From: an uncultured Chthoniobacterales bacterium
GTDB lineage: Bacteria > Verrucomicrobiota > Verrucomicrobiia > Chthoniobacterales > Terrimicrobiaceae
Assembly (NCBI GenBank): GCA_964527025.1
Contig: CAZGNH010000012.1
Span: 1-35,179 of the forward strand
Length of the DNA: 35,179 bases
Direction of reading: 5' to 3'
A model generated the notes under the pieces. That model did no database searches, was not told the origin of the DNA, and was given only the letters and a program-made list of their open reading frames with translations. Positions 11,705-20,684 of this stretch are shown here, one piece after another. A program made the position numbers and the translations under genes. Each line of letters opens with the position of its first letter. Within the stretch, counting starts at the first letter, position 1.

Positions 11705-13255
11705 ATGACAATGATCACACGACTGACTACAATACTGTTCATGATGGGAGCAACCATGGCACAGGCCGATGACTTGTGGATTCCACGGATCTTTTCCGAG
11801 AAGATGGTGCTGCAGCGGCAGATGCCGATCCCCGTCTGGGGCAAGGCGGCCAAAGGCGCTGCCGTCACCGTCAAACTGGCCAAGGACAATGACCTGACGC
11901 AGATCCTCGCCACGGGGACGGCGACAGCCGATGCCGAGACCGGGCGCTGGCGGATCGACCTTCCGGCGGTCGAGGCCCAGACCAACTGCGGGTTGCTGAT
12001 CGAAGCCGAAAGCCCCGACAAGAAGGTGGAACGCCGCGCATTCTATGATGTCATGGTGGGCGAGGTCTGGATCACCTGCGGCCAGTCCAACTGCATCATG
12101 CCGATTGAGGACTGCGACGACTACGAGGCGGCGCTCAGGACGCGCAACGACTACCCGCTCCTGCGCGCCATCGGCATCGGTATGCGCGGCACCGAGAACA
12201 ACACCGCAAAACAGGAGGAGTGTTACGGCTACTGGGGGCCTTCCACCTGGCTGGATCAGAGCTGGCAGATCACCAAGTCCAGCAAGAAGGATCTCTGCGG
12301 CGGCAGCCAGGGGCTGAGTTATTTCTTCTCGCGGGCCCTGCAGGACGCCCTGGGCAAGGATATTCCCGTCGGCATGGTCAATGTCGGCGCCATTCTGCCG
12401 GTGGAGACCTGGGTCAGCCCCGAGGAGGTCGAGGCGCGCCCGGAACTGCAGCACCTGAAGGGCAAAGGCTACCCGCATGCCACCAGCCGCGGGTATATCA
12501 GTAACATTGCGCCGCTGGCGCCCTTCGCCGCCCGCGGCGTGATCTACTACCAAGGCGAAATGAATGCCGGCGCCAGCCATAACTACTATCACGGCCTCAA
12601 GGGGCTGATCGCCTCCTGGCGCCAGGCCTGGGGACGCGCCGACATGCCCTTCTATGTCGTGCAACTGCCCGGCTTCATCGAGCACCGCAACCAGCAGAAG
12701 CATGTCCTGGACATGGACGCCAAATCCGTCGCCGAGGCGGGCGGCAAGAACGAGCAGCACTCCTGGCCCTACACCCGCGAGGCACAGCTACGCGTGGCCG
12801 AAGAGGACCCGAACGTCGAACTGATTGTCACCATCGATCTCGGCGACAAGTTCGACATTCATCCCCGCCGCAAACTTCCCGTGGCCGAGCGCCTGGCGCT
12901 CAAGGCCAGAAAACACGTCTACGGCGAGAAGGAACTGGTCGCCGATGCGCCCATGCCCACGACCTACAAAGAGGAAATGGGCGGCTTCCGCATCACTTTC
13001 GACGGCATCGGCAAGGGGCTGGTGGCCAAGGAGGCCCTGGCCGGCTTTGAACTCCAGACGAAGGACGGCGACTGGCAGGCAGCCCAGGCCGCGATCGACG
13101 GCAAAGAGCTCGTCGTCACCGGCGCTGCCGGCCAAACCTACACGGGCGTACGCTACGCCTGGCGAGGCTTCCCGGAAGTGACGCTCACCAATTCGGCCGG
13201 ACTGCCCGCAACCCCGTTTATCCATCCCCGGACGGAACTGCAAAACAACAAGTGA
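11705..13255 (+). CDS. Secreted SASA-family O-acetylesterase
   Basis: Signal peptide MTMITRLTTILFMMGATMAQA. GEVWITCGQSNC, YYQGEMN and FDIHPRRKLPVAERLA. Paralog of 6692-8176. Confidence 0.85.
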   Translation: MTMITRLTTILFMMGATMAQADDLWIPRIFSEKMVLQRQMPIPVWGKAAKGAAVTVKLAKDNDLTQILATGTATADAETGRWRIDLPAVEAQTNCGLLIEAESPDKKVERRAFYDVMVGEVWITCGQSNCIMPIEDCDDYEAALRTRNDYPLLRAIGIGMRGTENNTAKQEECYGYWGPSTWLDQSWQITKSSKKDLCGGSQGLSYFFSRALQDALGKDIPVGMVNVGAILPVETWVSPEEVEARPELQHLKGKGYPHATSRGYISNIAPLAPFAARGVIYYQGEMNAGASHNYYHGLKGLIASWRQAWGRADMPFYVVQLPGFIEHRNQQKHVLDMDAKSVAEAGGKNEQHSWPYTREAQLRVAEEDPNVELIVTIDLGDKFDIHPRRKLPVAERLALKARKHVYGEKELVADAPMPTTYKEEMGGFRITFDGIGKGLVAKEALAGFELQTKDGDWQAAQAAIDGKELVVTGAAGQTYTGVRYAWRGFPEVTLTNSAGLPATPFIHPRTELQNNK

Positions 13256-13265
13256 AGACCGCCAG

Positions 13266-14864
13266 ATGAATCGCCGTCCGAATATCCTCTTCGCCTTCGC
13301 CGACGACTGGGGGCGCTACGCCAGCGCCTACCGCGGCGTCCCCGGGGCTTCGCGCCTGAACGAGTTGATCACCACGCCAACGGTGGACCGCATCGCCCGC
13401 GAGGGCGCGCTCTTCACCAACGCCCTGGTGCCGGCGCCGACCTGCACGCCCTGCCGCAGCTCGGTCCTCTCCGGCCGCTACTTCTGGCAGACGCGGCTCG
13501 GCGCCATCCTGCAGGGGGCGGTTTGGGACGACGCCATCCCGAGCTATCCGCGCCTACTCGAACAGGCCGGTTACCACACCGGTGCCACTTGGAAGGTCTG
13601 GGGACCGGGCGTCTATGCCAGTCTCGTCACCCCATACGGCACGGATGAGCACTACTACAATGGCGCGGGCTGTGACTTCAACAACTTCTCCCACAAGGCC
13701 ATGGCGCGGGTGCGGGAGGGGATCGCGGCGGAAGCGGCCAAGCAACCGCTCTATGACGAGGTGCGCGGCAACTTCCGCTCCTTCCTCGGCGCCCGCCGGG
13801 AGGGGCAGCCCTTCTGCTATTGGTGGGGTCCGACCAACACGCACCGCACCTGGGAAAAGGGCTCGGGCAAGGCGCTCTGGGGGATCGAACCGGACTCCCT
13901 CCAGGGACGCCTCCCCGACTTCCTGCCTGATGTCCACGACATCCGCGAGGACGTGGCCGACTATCTCGGCGAGTGCCAGGCCTTGGACCGCGGATTTGCC
14001 GTGCTCCTCGCGGAACTGGAGGCGATCGGTGAGCTCGACAACACCCTCATCGTGGTCAGCGGCGACCATGGCATTCCCGGTTTCCCGCGCGCCAAGTGCA
14101 ATCTCTACGACCTCGGCTGCGAGGTGGCGCTGATGGCGCGATTGCCCGGCGCGATCCCCGCCGGGCAGGTCATCGACGACATGACCAATCTGATGGATCT
14201 GGCCCCGACTTTTCTCGAAGCGGCCGGCTTGCCGCCCGATCCGAGTATGGCAGGACGAAGTCTCTGGCCGCGCCTGACCGGCCAAGCGGGGCCGACGGAG
14301 CGGGACTGGGTGATCATGGGACGGGAGCGGCACGTCGCCACGGCGCGCGACTGGAACCTCCCTTATCCCCAGCGCGCCATCCGCACCCGCGACTTCCTCT
14401 ATATCCACAACTTCGCACCCGAGCGCTGGCCGATGGGCAACCCCAAAGGCATGGACGACCCGAGCGCTCCCGCCATCGCCTGGAAGGCGCTGGAGAACAA
14501 CACGTTCGCTGCCTATGCCGACATGGACGCCGGCCCCACCAAAGCCTGGATGGTCCATCACCGTGCCGAACCCGAACATGCCGCCAACTTCCAACTCGGC
14601 TTTGGGAAACGCCCGCGGGAGGAGCTCTATGACTTGCGCGCCGATCCCCACCACAGGCACAACCTGGCGGACGATCCCGCACTGGCCGATGAACTGCGGC
14701 GGCTGCGCGAGTTGCTGATGGCCGAGTTGCGCGCACAGCGCGATCCGCGCGTTTGCGAGACCGACTGCCGCTATGAACACGCCCCCTACACCGACGTGGT
14801 GCAGAAGGAGCATCTGATGAACCGGGCGGAAGCGGCCGAACGGCTGGCCCGCGCCGGAAGCTGA
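13266..14864 (+). CDS. Formylglycine-dependent sulfatase, no signal peptide
   Basis: NILFAFADDWG. CxPxR in APTCTPCRSSVLSGRY. VSGDHGIPGFPRAK. Confidence 0.9.
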   Translation: MNRRPNILFAFADDWGRYASAYRGVPGASRLNELITTPTVDRIAREGALFTNALVPAPTCTPCRSSVLSGRYFWQTRLGAILQGAVWDDAIPSYPRLLEQAGYHTGATWKVWGPGVYASLVTPYGTDEHYYNGAGCDFNNFSHKAMARVREGIAAEAAKQPLYDEVRGNFRSFLGARREGQPFCYWWGPTNTHRTWEKGSGKALWGIEPDSLQGRLPDFLPDVHDIREDVADYLGECQALDRGFAVLLAELEAIGELDNTLIVVSGDHGIPGFPRAKCNLYDLGCEVALMARLPGAIPAGQVIDDMTNLMDLAPTFLEAAGLPPDPSMAGRSLWPRLTGQAGPTERDWVIMGRERHVATARDWNLPYPQRAIRTRDFLYIHNFAPERWPMGNPKGMDDPSAPAIAWKALENNTFAAYADMDAGPTKAWMVHHRAEPEHAANFQLGFGKRPREELYDLRADPHHRHNLADDPALADELRRLRELLMAELRAQRDPRVCETDCRYEHAPYTDVVQKEHLMNRAEAAERLARAGS

Positions 14865-14889
14865 AACCCATGAAAACAGACCCTTACCG

Positions 14890-17022
14890 ATGAAGAACGT
14901 TGTGCAGGAATACCATGTCGGAACAGGCCACCCGCTGAAGACCATCTCAGCAGCGGCGGAACTCGCGCAGCCGGGCGACACGATCATCGTCCACGAGGGA
15001 ATCTACCGCGAGGAGGTCAATCCGCCCCGCGGCGGAATCTCCGACGCCCAGCGCATCACCTATACGGCCGCGCCGGGAGAAAAGGTCGTCATCAAGGGCT
15101 CGGAGCGCGTCACGGGCTGGACGCATGTCGAAAACGACACTTGGAAGATCACCCTGCCCAACGAGTTTTTTGGTGCGTTCAATCCGTTGGCGGACTTGAT
15201 CCGCGGGGACTGGTTTCATGCCAAGGACCGGGAGCATCACACGGGGGCGGTCTATGTGGACGGGCACTGTCTGACGGAGGCGCCGGACAAGGATGTCGTG
15301 CTGGGGCGGGCGGGAACGGGTGCGGTCGTGCGGGGCGACGACGTTTACCTGATGAGCATCGCCTGGTTGCAGCCCGCCGGAAATCCGGAGGGTAGAGTCT
15401 TGGCCTCGTCGGCCGCAGAGCGCCGGGGCACGAAAAATGCCGTGGGCGAACCGGACAACATCGACCTGGTCGGCTACATCCAGGACGGCGACTGGCTGGT
15501 GTTCGATGGTGTCGAATGTGGCGCCGAGAGCTATGAATTTCTCTTTCAGGTTTCCTCGGAGGGGCCGGCGGCGATTGAAATCCGTCAGGACAGTGCGGAC
15601 GGCCCCCTGCTGGGCCGATGCAACGTCCCGAATACAGGCGGGTGGGAAAGCTGGAAAACCGTCAGGGCGGACATCGGCTGTCTCACGGGAGCCAACAGGG
15701 TGGCCCTGGTTTTTCGCGGCACATCGGAGGGGGCGGAAGCGGAGGAAGCCGGCGGCCTGGGTCTTGAAATCAGGGGTTGGTGGTATGGCGAGGTGGACGA
15801 GACGGGCACGACAATCTGGGCGCAGTTCAAGGATGGCGACCCGAACGAACGTGAGACCGAGATTAATGTCCGGCAGACGGTTTTCTACCCGCGGCAGCCG
15901 GGGCGCGATTACATCACCGTGCGCGGCTTCACCATGATGCACGCCGCGACCCCCTGGGCTCCGCCAACCGCCGAGCAGATCGGTCTCATCGGCACGCATT
16001 GGAGCAAGGGCTGGATCATCGAGAACAACACGGTCAGTCATGCACGATGCGTGGGCATCACCCTGGGCAAATACGGCGACGAATGGGACAACCGTTCGGA
16101 ATCGGCGACCGCCTACAACGACACCATCCGGCGCGCCCTGGACCACGGCTGGAATCGGGAGACCGTCGGGAGTCACATTGTGCGCAACAACACGGTGGCC
16201 CACTGCGGGCAGGCGGGGATCGTGGGCAGTCTGGGCTGCGTTTTCAGCACGGTGGAGGGCAATGTTTTCGAGGACATTTACACCCACAAACTCTTTGCCG
16301 GGGCCGAGATGGCGGCGATCAAGTTCCATGCCGCGATCGACATGGTGATCCGGGACAACCTGATTCGCCGCAGCGGAGGGGGGGGCGCCATCTGGCTGGA
16401 CTGGATGGCCCAAGGCACCCAGATCATCGGCAACCTGTGCTACCACAACCTCGTTCAGAACGTCTTCATCGAGGTCAACCACGGACCCTTCCTGTTCGCG
16501 AACAACATTTTCCTGGGATTCTTTCTCCGGAACTGGTCGCAGGGCGGGGCCTATGGCCACAACATCCTCCCCGGCGCGATTCAGGTGACCCCTCAAAGCC
16601 GGCAGACGCCCTGGCACCGGCCCCATTCGACGGAAATCGCCGGACTCTCGGACATTCCCGGCGGGGATGACCGGTATTGCAATAATCTGATGACCGATCC
16701 AAATGCCTTCGGGACCGTCGGGTCATACCCGGATATCGTCGTGGAAGACAACCAGCCGCTGCCGTTCGTCGAGGTCATCGAGAAAGACGACGGGGTTTAT
16801 CTGGCGGTCGAGTGGCCCGAAACCCATCCGACGCGGGCCGTGACCACGGAACGTCTCGGGAAAACCCGCGTTTCCCGCGCCACCTTCGAAAATCCCGACG
16901 GCACACCGTTGACAATCGACCACGATTATTTCGGCCACCCCCGCGACCTTTCGGACCCCGGGGTGGGGCCCTTCGCCCGACTGGCGCCGGGACGGCATGA
17001 AATCAAGGTCTGGCCGAAATGA
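14890..17022 (+). CDS. Right-handed parallel beta-helix carbohydrate-active enzyme (lyase or hydrolase unknown) with inserted CBM6/CBM35-like module
   Basis: N-terminus YHVGTGHPLKTISAAAELAQPGDTIIVHEGIYREEV is typical of beta-helix/DUF1565-type proteins. Repetitive NN(T/I)V...G blocks (IIENNTVSH, IVRNNTVAH, VIRDNLIRR, LFANNIFLG). The insert at about nt 15436-15720 carries GDWLVFDGV... and NTGGWESWKT, the TGGWxxW hallmark of CBM6/35. No signal peptide. Confidence 0.7.
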   Translation: MKNVVQEYHVGTGHPLKTISAAAELAQPGDTIIVHEGIYREEVNPPRGGISDAQRITYTAAPGEKVVIKGSERVTGWTHVENDTWKITLPNEFFGAFNPLADLIRGDWFHAKDREHHTGAVYVDGHCLTEAPDKDVVLGRAGTGAVVRGDDVYLMSIAWLQPAGNPEGRVLASSAAERRGTKNAVGEPDNIDLVGYIQDGDWLVFDGVECGAESYEFLFQVSSEGPAAIEIRQDSADGPLLGRCNVPNTGGWESWKTVRADIGCLTGANRVALVFRGTSEGAEAEEAGGLGLEIRGWWYGEVDETGTTIWAQFKDGDPNERETEINVRQTVFYPRQPGRDYITVRGFTMMHAATPWAPPTAEQIGLIGTHWSKGWIIENNTVSHARCVGITLGKYGDEWDNRSESATAYNDTIRRALDHGWNRETVGSHIVRNNTVAHCGQAGIVGSLGCVFSTVEGNVFEDIYTHKLFAGAEMAAIKFHAAIDMVIRDNLIRRSGGGGAIWLDWMAQGTQIIGNLCYHNLVQNVFIEVNHGPFLFANNIFLGFFLRNWSQGGAYGHNILPGAIQVTPQSRQTPWHRPHSTEIAGLSDIPGGDDRYCNNLMTDPNAFGTVGSYPDIVVEDNQPLPFVEVIEKDDGVYLAVEWPETHPTRAVTTERLGKTRVSRATFENPDGTPLTIDHDYFGHPRDLSDPGVGPFARLAPGRHEIKVWPK

Positions 17023-17048
17023 AGGGCGGGACCTTTGCCGGGAGCCTC

Positions 17049-18071
17049 TCAGCAAGGTCTCTCTGCGGCCTCCACCCAGCGCCCGGGAATGTGCACCCGG
17101 AAGGGTAGCGATTTTTCCCGCGCCAGAGATTGCTGCATTTCCAGAATCAACAGCTCCACCGCCGTTCTCGCCATTTGCGGTAGGTTGAGATCGATCCCCT
17201 GACCTCCCGCGCCTTGGGCATTGAGGAGGGCGACTTCCGGCGCATGACGGCGGGCGGGGTTCGGCTTGGTCACCCAGGGGTCACCGCTGATCACCGCGTC
17301 GTACCGTCCCTCCCGCAGCCAGTCCCTGTATTGCGCCCGCTGAGCCCGCTTCGAACCGGTCAGTTCCAAAGGCTGACATGTCTTAGCCGGGCCCCCGGTC
17401 AGAAATTGCTCCACATGGAAGGCGGCCCGGCGGACATGTCCGGTCCGCCAGCCATGGTCTCGGCTTTCGACCAGGCCGATTCGCCGCCGTCCCCGCTCCC
17501 ACAGCATCCGCCAGGCCAGCCGCAGGTTGCCGTAAAAATCGAACTGCACGGTGTGGAGGTCGGGGTAAAGATGCTCCGGGCCGAAGGTCACCGCCTGAAA
17601 ATCTCCCCCGGGCACATGGATCGCGTTGGGCTCGGCCCGCATCGCCGGAGGCGCCAGAAAAATTCCGCTGATGCCGCGGTTTCTCAGCGACCGGAACACG
17701 GCGGGGCCGCGCTGGCCGTCGGACCCGAGCCAGATGACTTCGATGGCCATGCCCCGCTCCCGGGCGGCCGTCTTCAACTCCCGGAACCATCCGGCATAAA
17801 AAGGATTTTCCACCAACCCGCCCTCCGTCGTCCAGTTGTGCAGCAACGCCACTTGGTTCCACCGGGTCGCGATCGGCCGGCCGCGCGTCCGGTAGTCGGC
17901 CAGCGCGCGCAAGGCCGGATCCGGCTCGTAACCCAACTCCGCGGCGCGCGCCCGCACTTTCCGGCGCGTCGTCTCTCCCACGCCCCGCGCCCCGCGCAGC
18001 GCCAGCGAAACCGCCTGCTGGCTGAGGCCAATATCCTCCGCCAGATCTTTCAGGGTGATGCGCCGGACCAT
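17049..18071 (-). CDS. LacI-family transcriptional regulator
   Basis: N-terminal HTH ITLKDLAEDIGLSQQAVSLALRG...RKVRARAAELGYEPDP, followed by a periplasmic-binding-protein-like effector domain. Convergent with the 1-17022 block and divergent from 18151-20490. Confidence 0.9.
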   Translation of the reverse strand: MVRRITLKDLAEDIGLSQQAVSLALRGARGVGETTRRKVRARAAELGYEPDPALRALADYRTRGRPIATRWNQVALLHNWTTEGGLVENPFYAGWFRELKTAARERGMAIEVIWLGSDGQRGPAVFRSLRNRGISGIFLAPPAMRAEPNAIHVPGGDFQAVTFGPEHLYPDLHTVQFDFYGNLRLAWRMLWERGRRRIGLVESRDHGWRTGHVRRAAFHVEQFLTGGPAKTCQPLELTGSKRAQRAQYRDWLREGRYDAVISGDPWVTKPNPARRHAPEVALLNAQGAGGQGIDLNLPQMARTAVELLILEMQQSLAREKSLPFRVHIPGRWVEAAERPC

Positions 18072-18087
18072 GCTCCACCGCTAAAAG

Positions 18088-18106
18088 ATTTACTGTTAAA
18101 GTAAAT
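18088..18106. promoter_or_regulatory. Candidate operator: perfect inverted repeat ATTTACT-N5-AGTAAAT in the divergent LacI / FAD-oxidoreductase promoter region
   Basis: Read directly: ATTTACTGTTAAAGTAAAT sits in an AT-rich patch 17 nt upstream of the LacI start codon (18071) and 45 nt upstream of ATG 18151. It does not match the classical LacI-family CG-centred consensus. Confidence 0.35.
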
Positions 18107-18150
18107 TCTTTTTTTGCCCCGGCGGCGTGTTTGGTCCACATAGGACGTCT

Positions 18151-20490
18151 ATGACACAGTCGATCTACAGCGTAGAACAGCAAATCAAAGGTTTCGAAAC
18201 GCAAGAGCACCACGCGGATGTCTGCGTGGTCGGCGGCGGCCTGGCCGGGCTCTGCGCCGCCGTGTCCGCGGCGCGCGGCGGAGCGAAAACGATCTTGATC
18301 CACGACCGTCCCGTGCTGGGCGGCAACGCCAGTTCGGAGGTGCGGATGTGGATTGTCGGGGCGCAGCAATACGGCGGCGCGGATGTCACCGAGACCGGGC
18401 TCCTCGAGGAAATCTATCTTGACAACTACCAGCGCAACCCGCGGCTGATTTATTCCATCTGGGACAGCGTCCTCTACGGGAAGGCGGCGTTCTGTCCGAA
18501 CCTCACGCTGCTGCTGAACACCTCCTGCAACGGGGGCCGGATGGAGGAAGGCCGTCTGGCCTCGGTCAACGCTTGGCAGCTGACCAGCCAGATCCAGCAC
18601 ACGGTGCACGCCAAATTTTTCATCGACACCTCCGGCGACAGCATCCTGGCGCCCATCACCGGCGCCATCGTCCGCCGCGGGCGGGAGAGCCGCGCGGAAT
18701 TTGGCGAAAGCATCGCTCCTGTGGCGGCGGATGACCGCACCATGGGAAACACCCTGCTCCTGCAATTCCGGGAAACCGAAGATCCCCAGCATTACACCGC
18801 GCCGGCGTGGGCCTACAAGTTTCGCGATCCATCGGAGCTGCCCAACCGCTATGGCTGGCATGGAGTGTCCATCCGCACGGACAATTTCTGGTGGCTGGAG
18901 ATCGGCGGACTCAACCACACCATCCGCGATGCGGAGGCCATCCGGCACGAGTTGGTCAAGATCGGCTACGGCGTTGCCGATTATCTCAAGAATTATCACC
19001 CCGGCAAACAGAGCATTGAAAACTGGACGCTGGAGTGGATGGGATCGTTGCCCGGCAAGCGGGAGAACTTCCGGTATGTCGGCGACCACATCATGACCCA
19101 GCACGACATCGAGTCCGGCGGTCGTTTTCCCGACACCGTCGCCTATGGCGGCTGGTCCATGGACGACCACCACCCGGCCGGTCTCTTGTATCCGGGCAAG
19201 CCCACCATCTTCCACCGCTCGGCCTGTCCCTACGGCATTCCTCTCCGGTCGCTTTATTCCAAGAGCGTGCCCAACCTGCTCATGGCCGGGCGCAACATCT
19301 CCAACACGCATTCGGCCATGTCGAGCACCCGCACCATGGCGACCACCAGCCTGATGGGCCAGGCGGTGGGCACGGCCGCGGCGCTGTGCGTGCGCGGCGG
19401 TTATGACCCGGCCGCACTGTTCCCCGCGCATATCGCCGAGCTGCAACAGCGCCTCATGGATGACGACGTCATGCTGCCCGGACTGACCCGGCCAGTCAGC
19501 GAGCTGACCCACCTGGCCGCGCTGGGCGGCGGTGGCGAGGGCCACGATGCTTTGCGCGACGGTCACGACCGCACGCTGGGCAAGGTTGCTCATGCCTGGG
19601 AAGGGCCCGTGGGCGAGGGAATCACCTTCACCTGGCCGCAGGACAAGGAAATCGGCGGACTTCGACTGGTCTTCGACAGCGACCTCAGCCGGATCAAGCG
19701 CATGCCGTGTTCCCACCCCCGCCGCGTCGATCTGGTCGGGCCGCCGCCGCAGCTCATCCGCAACTACCGCGTGGAGGCGCAGGCGTCGGATGGAACATGG
19801 CGCGCGGTCGCCCACGAGACGGACAACCATCAGCGTCTGGTGCGGCTGCCGCTGGGCGTGCGGGCCCGTGCGCTCCGTGTCATCCCCGAGGCGACCTGGG
19901 GTGCCGAGGCGGCCCGCATCTTCAGCATCGACGTGTTACGGGAAGTGCCGGTGAGGGTCGGCAGCGTGCCGGAAGGGGAACGCTGGGCGCAGGTTGTCGC
20001 CCGCACACCGGAAATTGATCTGCGGCCCACCGAGGTGAAGCACGCCGCGTGCATTCTCGACTGGTACTGTTCCACGCCGCAGGCCAAGCCTGTCCGCACC
20101 CCGGTGCGCCTCTCCGCTGCCGTGGGATGGACCAAGGTCAAAGGGGATCACGAGGGCTTTGTCAATGTCCACGAACTCTTCCCGTCCGCCGACGGCATCG
20201 TCTTCCTCGCGGCACGCATCCGGGTCGCGCAGGCCGGCACCTGGGTCGCCTGTCTTGGCCACGACGGCGGCGCGGAACTTTTCGTGGATGGCCGTAGCGC
20301 GTTGCACCAGCCGGAGCTGGTCAACCCGGCGAAGATGGGCCGCTCGCGCGCCACGCTCGACCTGGCCGCCGGCGAGCACGAACTCGTGGTCGCCTTCGAC
20401 CTGGCCGGCGGTAAAGGGTGGGGAATCTACTTCCACTTGGAGAGGCCCGAAGGCTCGACCGAGGGCGAATTGCCAACGATTCTGCCGTAA
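18151..20490 (+). CDS. FAD-dependent oxidoreductase (PF12831-like) with discoidin-like domain and an additional C-terminal beta-sandwich
   Basis: VVGGGLAGLCAAVSAARGGAKTILIHDRPVLGGNASSE. Paralog of 1-1791. Extra C-terminal ~190 aa (GWTKVKGDHEGFVNV...HELVVAFDLAGGKGWGIYFHL). ATG 18151 is preferred over GTG 18127. No signal peptide. Confidence 0.85.
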   Translation: MTQSIYSVEQQIKGFETQEHHADVCVVGGGLAGLCAAVSAARGGAKTILIHDRPVLGGNASSEVRMWIVGAQQYGGADVTETGLLEEIYLDNYQRNPRLIYSIWDSVLYGKAAFCPNLTLLLNTSCNGGRMEEGRLASVNAWQLTSQIQHTVHAKFFIDTSGDSILAPITGAIVRRGRESRAEFGESIAPVAADDRTMGNTLLLQFRETEDPQHYTAPAWAYKFRDPSELPNRYGWHGVSIRTDNFWWLEIGGLNHTIRDAEAIRHELVKIGYGVADYLKNYHPGKQSIENWTLEWMGSLPGKRENFRYVGDHIMTQHDIESGGRFPDTVAYGGWSMDDHHPAGLLYPGKPTIFHRSACPYGIPLRSLYSKSVPNLLMAGRNISNTHSAMSSTRTMATTSLMGQAVGTAAALCVRGGYDPAALFPAHIAELQQRLMDDDVMLPGLTRPVSELTHLAALGGGGEGHDALRDGHDRTLGKVAHAWEGPVGEGITFTWPQDKEIGGLRLVFDSDLSRIKRMPCSHPRRVDLVGPPPQLIRNYRVEAQASDGTWRAVAHETDNHQRLVRLPLGVRARALRVIPEATWGAEAARIFSIDVLREVPVRVGSVPEGERWAQVVARTPEIDLRPTEVKHAACILDWYCSTPQAKPVRTPVRLSAAVGWTKVKGDHEGFVNVHELFPSADGIVFLAARIRVAQAGTWVACLGHDGGAELFVDGRSALHQPELVNPAKMGRSRATLDLAAGEHELVVAFDLAGGKGWGIYFHLERPEGSTEGELPTILP

Positions 20491-20508
20491 CATCGGTAAG
20501 GCGCCGTG

Positions 20509-20652
20509 ATGCGTATCCTCTACATCGACATCGATTCGCTGCGGCCCGATCACCTGGGCTGCTACGGCTACGACCGCCTGCGAGAACGTCCGGGCTTTCC
20601 TGAACGGCCAGCGGATCCATGTCGTGAACGGGCTATGAGGAGTCAACGATGA
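20509..20652 (+). pseudogene. Relic of a sulfatase gene: only the first ~23 codons remain, fused out of frame to the 3' end of another, lost gene
   Basis: My translation is [47 protein letters not shown]. The first 21 residues align with [23 protein letters not shown] of the 1820-3337 sulfatase. There is no CxPxR and no catalytic core. In the +1 frame, nt 20579-20638 read [19 protein letters not shown], followed by GAGGAG and ATG 20649. Confidence 0.6.
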
Positions 20653-20684
20653 AACCAAGCATTACCATGAAACCAAGTATCACC
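20649..20684 (+). repeat. 18-bp tandem duplication that includes the start codon ([12 protein letters not shown])
   Basis: ATGAAACCAAGCATTACC is followed by ATGAAACCAAGTATCACC. The two copies differ at two positions, both synonymous third-codon positions. Confidence 0.9.

Noticed and set aside
9626-12760. 1044-aa ORF on the minus strand, the longest ORF in the window
   Set aside because: It is antisense to two genes with clear family motifs (the (alpha/alpha)6 GH and a SASA esterase). Its translation is Arg/Gly/Ala/Pro/Val-rich low-complexity sequence with no recognisable motif. This is the typical stop-codon-poor shadow ORF of high-GC DNA.
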